64,000 nucleotides of DNA from Longimicrobiales bacterium. GTDB taxonomy: Bacteria; Gemmatimonadota; Gemmatimonadetes; Longimicrobiales; Gaopeijiaceae. Of the stretch, positions 59,312-64,000 are shown piece after piece (position 1 is the stretch's first letter; each line of letters opens with the position of its first letter). The DNA lies in NCBI GenBank assembly GCA_965116905.1, contig OZ220732.1:4143121-4207120 (forward strand), in the 5' to 3' direction. Both the position numbers and the translations under genes were made by a program. Below the pieces are notes generated by a model. The model was not told where the DNA came from. It did no database searches and worked only from the letters and a program-made list of their open reading frames with translations.

Positions 59312-59693
59312 GCCCTTCCCAGGCCGCAGCCAGGCCACGGTCGAAGGTCATGAGGTCGCGGGGCTCGTGGCGGATACAACACGCGAGGTGGACGAGGTCG
59401 CGGGCTTCCAGGCCGGGATAGCGATCCGCGAGACCACGGGCCAGTTCGATATCGACCCGCTCGACGGACCAGACTTCCGACACGCTGCCGTCGACGAGTG
59501 CGAAGGCGGCCGAGGCAGTGCCCCGCCTGCCCAGCTTGACGTATCGGTGCAGGATTTCCTGGAGAACTTCGACCGAGGTCACCAGCCTGAGGTTTCGAAG
59601 CCGCGCATCGCGGAAGAAGCCGCGCGCCTGGCCCTGCAGAGGATGCTCCGCCCCCACGTGGTACATGAACACGTTTGTGTCAACGAAGATCAA
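59304..59693 (-). CDS. vapC: PIN-domain toxin (VapC family)
   Basis: TTG start overlapping the antitoxin stop. IFVDTNVFMY, EVLQEILHRY, LEARDLVHLA, TFDRG. Confidence 0.92.
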   Translation of the reverse strand: MIFVDTNVFMYHVGAEHPLQGQARGFFRDARLRNLRLVTSVEVLQEILHRYVKLGRRGTASAAFALVDGSVSEVWSVERVDIELARGLADRYPGLEARDLVHLACCIRHEPRDLMTFDRGLAAAWEGRR

Positions 59694-59962
59694 TCGACCT
59701 CCAGGTCCGGATATCGCGTCTCCACGAGCATCCGCTTGACCTCCGTCCAATCCGGTTCCCGAGCCCCGGGGGGATGCCGTGCATCGCACTCGGCGGTAAA
59801 CCGCTCCAGCTCCTCGACGGTGAACAGGCGCGGACGCGCCGACGCCAGCTTCTCCTCCGCCGCCTCTCGCATCCACCGTCCCAGCGACTTGCCTTCGCGT
59901 TCGGCCTGGGCCCGGTACCGGGCCTTGGCGGTTTCCTTCACGACAAAATGTATGCGTGACAT
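59690..59962 (-). CDS. Ribbon-helix-helix type antitoxin
   Basis: MSRIHFVV....KARYRAQAEREGKSLGRWMREAA, EPDW; coupled to the PIN gene. Confidence 0.8.
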   Translation of the reverse strand: MSRIHFVVKETAKARYRAQAEREGKSLGRWMREAAEEKLASARPRLFTVEELERFTAECDARHPPGAREPDWTEVKRMLVETRYPDLEVD

Positions 59963-59972
59963 GACCAATCCT

Positions 59973-60014
59973 GTGCAATGAAGTGGCGCATGGTGCAATA
60001 TTATGGTGCAATAT
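59973..60014. promoter_or_regulatory. Direct repeats in the TA promoter (putative operator)
   Basis: ATGGTGCAATAT at 59990 and 60003, plus GTGCAAT at 59973, in an AT-rich island. Confidence 0.6.
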
Positions 60015-60051
60015 AATAATCCACTTTACCGGGTCAAGGCGACGCCGGCGG

Positions 60052-62511
60052 CTACCGCGCCAGCTCCAGCCTCCCGTCCACGAACACCCGGCGCGGCACC
60101 ACCCGGTAGTCGAACGGGTGCCCCTCGAGGATCACGAAGTCGGCATCCTTGCCCACCTCGATGCTGCCGATGCGGTCGTCCATGTCGAGCATCTCTGCCG
60201 CGTTCAGCGTCGCCATCTTCAGCGCCTCGACCTCGGGCACCCCGTTTCGGAACGCCCACGCCGAATTGAGGATCGGTTCGCCGCCCAGGCGCCCGATCGG
60301 CGAGGCGCGGCGCGATGCACCCGGGCCATAGAACGCCACCTTCACGCCCGCGCGGGTCAGGATCGCGGGTCCCTCGACGCTCCAGCCCTCGCCGCCCCCG
60401 CGGATATCCGAGGCGTAGCTTCCGGAGTTGCCGAGTATCACGCCGGCGCCGAGCGACGCGAGTTCGTCCGCGAACCTGTGCGCCTCGACCCCTCCAGTGA
60501 GGACGAGCCGCAGGTCGTAGAGGCTCGCCAGCGAGATCGCCGACCTGATCTCCGGTTCCCGGTCGGCGTGGACGACCGCCGGCACCTCACGCCGCAGCAC
60601 CGGCAGGAGCGCCTCCATGCGCGGGTTGTACCCGGGGTCCGTGGGACTGGCGCCGGGGCCCCGGGTGCTGGCGTAGGCGCGCGCCGAGTCCAGGGTCAGC
60701 ATGACCACCGTGGGTTCCGTCAGATCCCAGCGGTTGTGCGCCTCGAACGTCATCGAGAACGCCATGCTCGCCGGCTCCCGCCGCACCATCTTCTCGAAGT
60801 CCATCCCGGGCGTCTTGATCACGACCCCGCTGCCGCCGATCAGGTTGGCGGTGCCCGGCGTCACGTGGATCGCGGTCACACCGATGTTCGTGTTGACCCT
60901 GTACGACGGGAACCATGGATCGACCGCATACAGCGCGTTCATCTCGGGCACGACCGGCCCGGTCAGCTCGTCGTTCTGCACCTGCCACTTCAGGTCGCCG
61001 ATCCAGTCGTTGGGGAAGGCGCGCGCGATGATCGTTCCGGGCATGACGACACGGCCGCCGACATCCATGACGGGCATGTCCGACGGCGGGTCGGCCCCGG
61101 CCTCGACCATGGTGAACCGGCCGTCGTCGACCACCAGGGTCGCGTTCTCGATCGCTCCGTCGCTGATCGTGAAGACGTGTGCACCGGTGATCGCGAAGGT
61201 CACGTCGTCCGGCCCGATCGCCCCCGTCACCGGCCCGAACGGCCCCACGGCCCTGGGTTCGTCCGGCTGAGGCAAACGGGCGCGCTCATACTCGATTCGG
61301 CCATCCACGAACACCCGCTCGATCCGGTCGGCGGTCAAGTCCAGGAAGTGGCCGTCGAGGAGCACCAGGTCGGCGTCCTTGCCCGCCTCGATGCTGCCCA
61401 CGCGGTGCTGCAGCCCCATCGCACGCGCGCCGTTGATGGTCATGACCTCGAGCGCCTGCTGGTCGGTCAGCCCGTGGCGCGCCAGGAAGGCCCCGTATTC
61501 GCGGAAGTCCTTGAGGTGCTGCCGCGACATGTCGGTCTGGATGCTGGCGTGGACGCCCGCGTCGAGCAGCACCTCGAGCAGGTTGATGGGCTCGGGATCG
61601 TTGAAGTACTGCACGATCATCATCGGGCCGATGACCGGGATCACATTCGTCCCCGCGAGAAGCTCCGTGAGAGGGAACACCTCTTCGGCGTGGGCGAGCG
61701 CCAGCCGGTCGACGAAGCCGTACTTCCGCGCCAGCCGCAACACCATCATGACCTCGCTGGGGTAGTGCGAGTGCGCGTGCACCATGACGTCTCCGCGGAT
61801 CACCGCCGCGAAGGCCTCCAGCCGCTCGTCGACCTCGGGCGCCGGACCCAGGCCTGACTCGTGGGCCTCCTGCCGATCCAGGTATTGCCTCGCCCGCCGG
61901 AAATGGTCGTCCGCGGTGGCGTACCACCCCATCACCGTCTGCGGCGTCTCGCCCGGCCGCAACCTGACGAGCGGCCGCACCGCCATCTTGAGGTCGACGT
62001 ACGGCTTGAGGATCATGTCCGGACCCGGCTCGCGCTTCATCTTGAGGGCCACCGACTGCCCGCTGGAGATGACGCCGCTGCCCGAGCGCGTGATCACCGA
62101 AGTCACCCCGCCGGAAAGCGCGACCTGGATCGTGGGGTCGTTCAGATCGAGGTTGTCGACCGCCTTCCACTCGGCGGTGACGGGCTCATCGGGCCGCGAC
62201 CAGCTCATCCGGTCCAGCGCGAAATGCACATGCGCGTCGATCATCCCCGGAATCACTACCTCCGCTTCGTAGACGCGCGCATCGGGCGGTGCCGCGACGG
62301 TCGGCCCCACCGCGGCGATGACCCCGTCCCGAATCAGGATCTCGCCCGGCGTGAGGGTGCCGTTGGTGACAGTGTGGACCGTGCCGCCCCGGATGAGAAT
62401 CGGCGCGTCCTGCGCGGATATGGGCGCCGGCGCGCCTGCGAAAAGGGTCAGGGCCGCCAGCGCCGCAAGGGTGGCGGGGCCTGGCTGCCGGAACGCGCGT
62501 TCCCGGCTCAC
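60052..62511 (-). CDS. Exported tandem amidohydrolase (two amidohydrolase-like domains)
   Basis: Domain 1 has PGMIDAHVH...GSIEAGKDADLV. Domain 2 has PGTIIARAF...GSIEVGKDADFV. GTG start overlaps the upstream stop. Confidence 0.85.
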   Translation of the reverse strand: MSRERAFRQPGPATLAALAALTLFAGAPAPISAQDAPILIRGGTVHTVTNGTLTPGEILIRDGVIAAVGPTVAAPPDARVYEAEVVIPGMIDAHVHFALDRMSWSRPDEPVTAEWKAVDNLDLNDPTIQVALSGGVTSVITRSGSGVISSGQSVALKMKREPGPDMILKPYVDLKMAVRPLVRLRPGETPQTVMGWYATADDHFRRARQYLDRQEAHESGLGPAPEVDERLEAFAAVIRGDVMVHAHSHYPSEVMMVLRLARKYGFVDRLALAHAEEVFPLTELLAGTNVIPVIGPMMIVQYFNDPEPINLLEVLLDAGVHASIQTDMSRQHLKDFREYGAFLARHGLTDQQALEVMTINGARAMGLQHRVGSIEAGKDADLVLLDGHFLDLTADRIERVFVDGRIEYERARLPQPDEPRAVGPFGPVTGAIGPDDVTFAITGAHVFTISDGAIENATLVVDDGRFTMVEAGADPPSDMPVMDVGGRVVMPGTIIARAFPNDWIGDLKWQVQNDELTGPVVPEMNALYAVDPWFPSYRVNTNIGVTAIHVTPGTANLIGGSGVVIKTPGMDFEKMVRREPASMAFSMTFEAHNRWDLTEPTVVMLTLDSARAYASTRGPGASPTDPGYNPRMEALLPVLRREVPAVVHADREPEIRSAISLASLYDLRLVLTGGVEAHRFADELASLGAGVILGNSGSYASDIRGGGEGWSVEGPAILTRAGVKVAFYGPGASRRASPIGRLGGEPILNSAWAFRNGVPEVEALKMATLNAAEMLDMDDRIGSIEVGKDADFVILEGHPFDYRVVPRRVFVDGRLELAR

Positions 62512-64000
62512 GGCAACCCCAGCCGGTCCAGGAACGGCGCCACCTCGAGCAGCACGATGTCGTCCCGCTTCCGCAGTTCGTGCAGGAACGGCCCTTTGTG
62601 CCCCGCGCCGTAGGTGAGCAGAAAGCGGGCGCCCTCGCCGGCGTGCTCGTCGAGCGCGCGTTCGATGTTCGTCCAGTGCGAGGCGTTGATCGGGTCCCAG
62701 CCGCCGGGGCCCAGGTCCTCGTCGAACAGGCGGGCGTACACCTGCATGCGGATGTCGTATGCCTCGTCGTAGGCATCCGTGTGGATCCAGCGGGGGTCGT
62801 CGCCGGCACCGCCCGCCGCAAGCGCCTCGGTCGACTCGGCGGCGGCGACCCGGTACTCGGCCCATTGCTCCGCCCGCTCCGGGTCATTCGCGTAGGCGTC
62901 GAGGTAGACGGCGCGGAAGTCCGACATCGGCTCGGTCCAGCCCGCGGTCGGGATGACCACGAAGTCCAGCTCGCCCGACAGCGGGAACAGGCCCTCCATG
63001 TACTCGGGGAATCGCCGTACCCGGGGCTCGTCCACGGTGCCGGTTTCCCGGTACTCCGACCAGGCGCGCTCCCACCGGTTGGGCGGGATCTCGGTGAGCC
63101 AGTAGTCCGGGTCGATCTCGCGGACGAGGTCGCGGACGATCTCGAGGCTGAACAGGTCGCTGGTGTTGTGGCCGCTGTGGATCACGCCGACAACCACCAC
63201 CTCGTTGGGCGCGGTGCCACCGGGGGCGGCCTCGGTGGCCCCCTCGGGGCCCGGGGTCGCCGGTGACTCGTGCGGAACCAGCTCGACCAGCGTGCCGGCC
63301 ACCTCGTTCGCCACGAAGACGCGCTCTCCGTCCGGGTGGACGCGCACGACGATGGGCTGCTCGCCGACTTCGATGGTCTGCGCCACCGTGCGCGCCTCCA
63401 GGTCCACGACCGAGACGGTGCTGCCACCCGCGTTGTTGACGATGGCGTAACGGCCGTCGCCGGGAACCGCCACCGAGAAGGGCCGGGGACCGAGACCGGG
63501 GACGCGGCCCGTCACCTCGAACGACGCCGTGTTGATGAAGGCGAGCTCGTCGGAGCCGCCGCAGGCCACGACGTAGGTGACCTGGTCGGGGGTGAGCGCC
63601 CCGCCGGGCGGACCCAGGCAGACGTCGACGGTGGCGTCGGTTTCCGCGTTGAGGAGGTCGATCGCGGAGACGGTTCCCGCGTCCATGTTGGGCACGAACG
63701 CGTGCGAACCGTCCCACATCACGTCGGCGGGGTAGGGCCGGTCGCCGGTCTCGTGGGACGTGACCGGGACCCCGGTGCCCGTGTCCACCACCCAGAGACG
63801 ATCAGCGAACTCGCTTGTGACCCAGGCCTGGCCGCGCACGGTGCCGGGCGTGAAGAGCGACGGACCCGCGCCCACGTTCCAGACCGCACCGGGGATGATT
63901 CGTCCGTCCGCGCCGAGTGCGATCAGCGTGGAGTCCGTGAACTGGGTGACGAGCCAGCCGTCCCCGGCGCGGATGAGGTCGAGGGGCGTCGTGCCGGCGT
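62508..64000 (-). CDS. YncE/YVTN beta-propeller protein with an extra C-terminal domain (5' end outside the window)
   Basis: The frame is open to the window end. Repeats such as TVSVVDL...IEVGEQP...HPDGERVFVAN. C-terminal domain with GVIH, TEIP and GAGH. Confidence 0.8.
   Translation of the reverse strand, partial: AGTTPLDLIRAGDGWLVTQFTDSTLIALGADGRIIPGAVWNVGAGPSLFTPGTVRGQAWVTSEFADRLWVVDTGTGVPVTSHETGDRPYPADVMWDGSHAFVPNMDAGTVSAIDLLNAETDATVDVCLGPPGGALTPDQVTYVVACGGSDELAFINTASFEVTGRVPGLGPRPFSVAVPGDGRYAIVNNAGGSTVSVVDLEARTVAQTIEVGEQPIVVRVHPDGERVFVANEVAGTLVELVPHESPATPGPEGATEAAPGGTAPNEVVVVGVIHSGHNTSDLFSLEIVRDLVREIDPDYWLTEIPPNRWERAWSEYRETGTVDEPRVRRFPEYMEGLFPLSGELDFVVIPTAGWTEPMSDFRAVYLDAYANDPERAEQWAEYRVAAAESTEALAAGGAGDDPRWIHTDAYDEAYDIRMQVYARLFDEDLGPGGWDPINASHWTNIERALDEHAGEGARFLLTYGAGHKGPFLHELRKRDDIVLLEVAPFLDRLGLP

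Overview
A high-GC bacterial chromosomal window, densely coding, with about 54 genes or gene remnants. I found no rRNA, tRNA or CRISPR array. The gene content suggests Gemmatimonadota, possibly a host- or sponge-associated lineage; this is inference only. The left third is mostly housekeeping: fumC (partial), an SDR, trxB, an mlaEFD-type ABC/MCE operon, a site-2 protease, rho, a fused DAK2-DegV fatty-acid kinase, an Sfp-type PPTase, a radical SAM enzyme, an aldehyde dehydrogenase, thyX interrupted by a 193-aa mini-intein, and typA. The remainder is dominated by exported hydrolases and lipoproteins (M28 and S9 peptidases, amidohydrolases, a PQQ dehydrogenase, a multicopper oxidase, beta-propellers, and Ig-like repeat proteins including one with a spondin domain). 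Five stand-alone toxin-antitoxin cassettes and an internally deleted hipA remnant are interspersed. The best candidate for an undescribed system is a ~1.94-kb unit at 35519-37454. It holds a DUF222-HNH nuclease gene and a ~410-bp structured non-coding leader, bounded by 37-bp imperfect inverted repeats (34/37), with no transposase and no visible target-site duplication. Other patterns seen: short tandem duplications across stop codons that place stops in all reading frames, TANNNT boxes 5-7 nt upstream of several ATGs (probable leaderless mRNAs), and a C-rich 5' to G-rich 3' gradient within genes.
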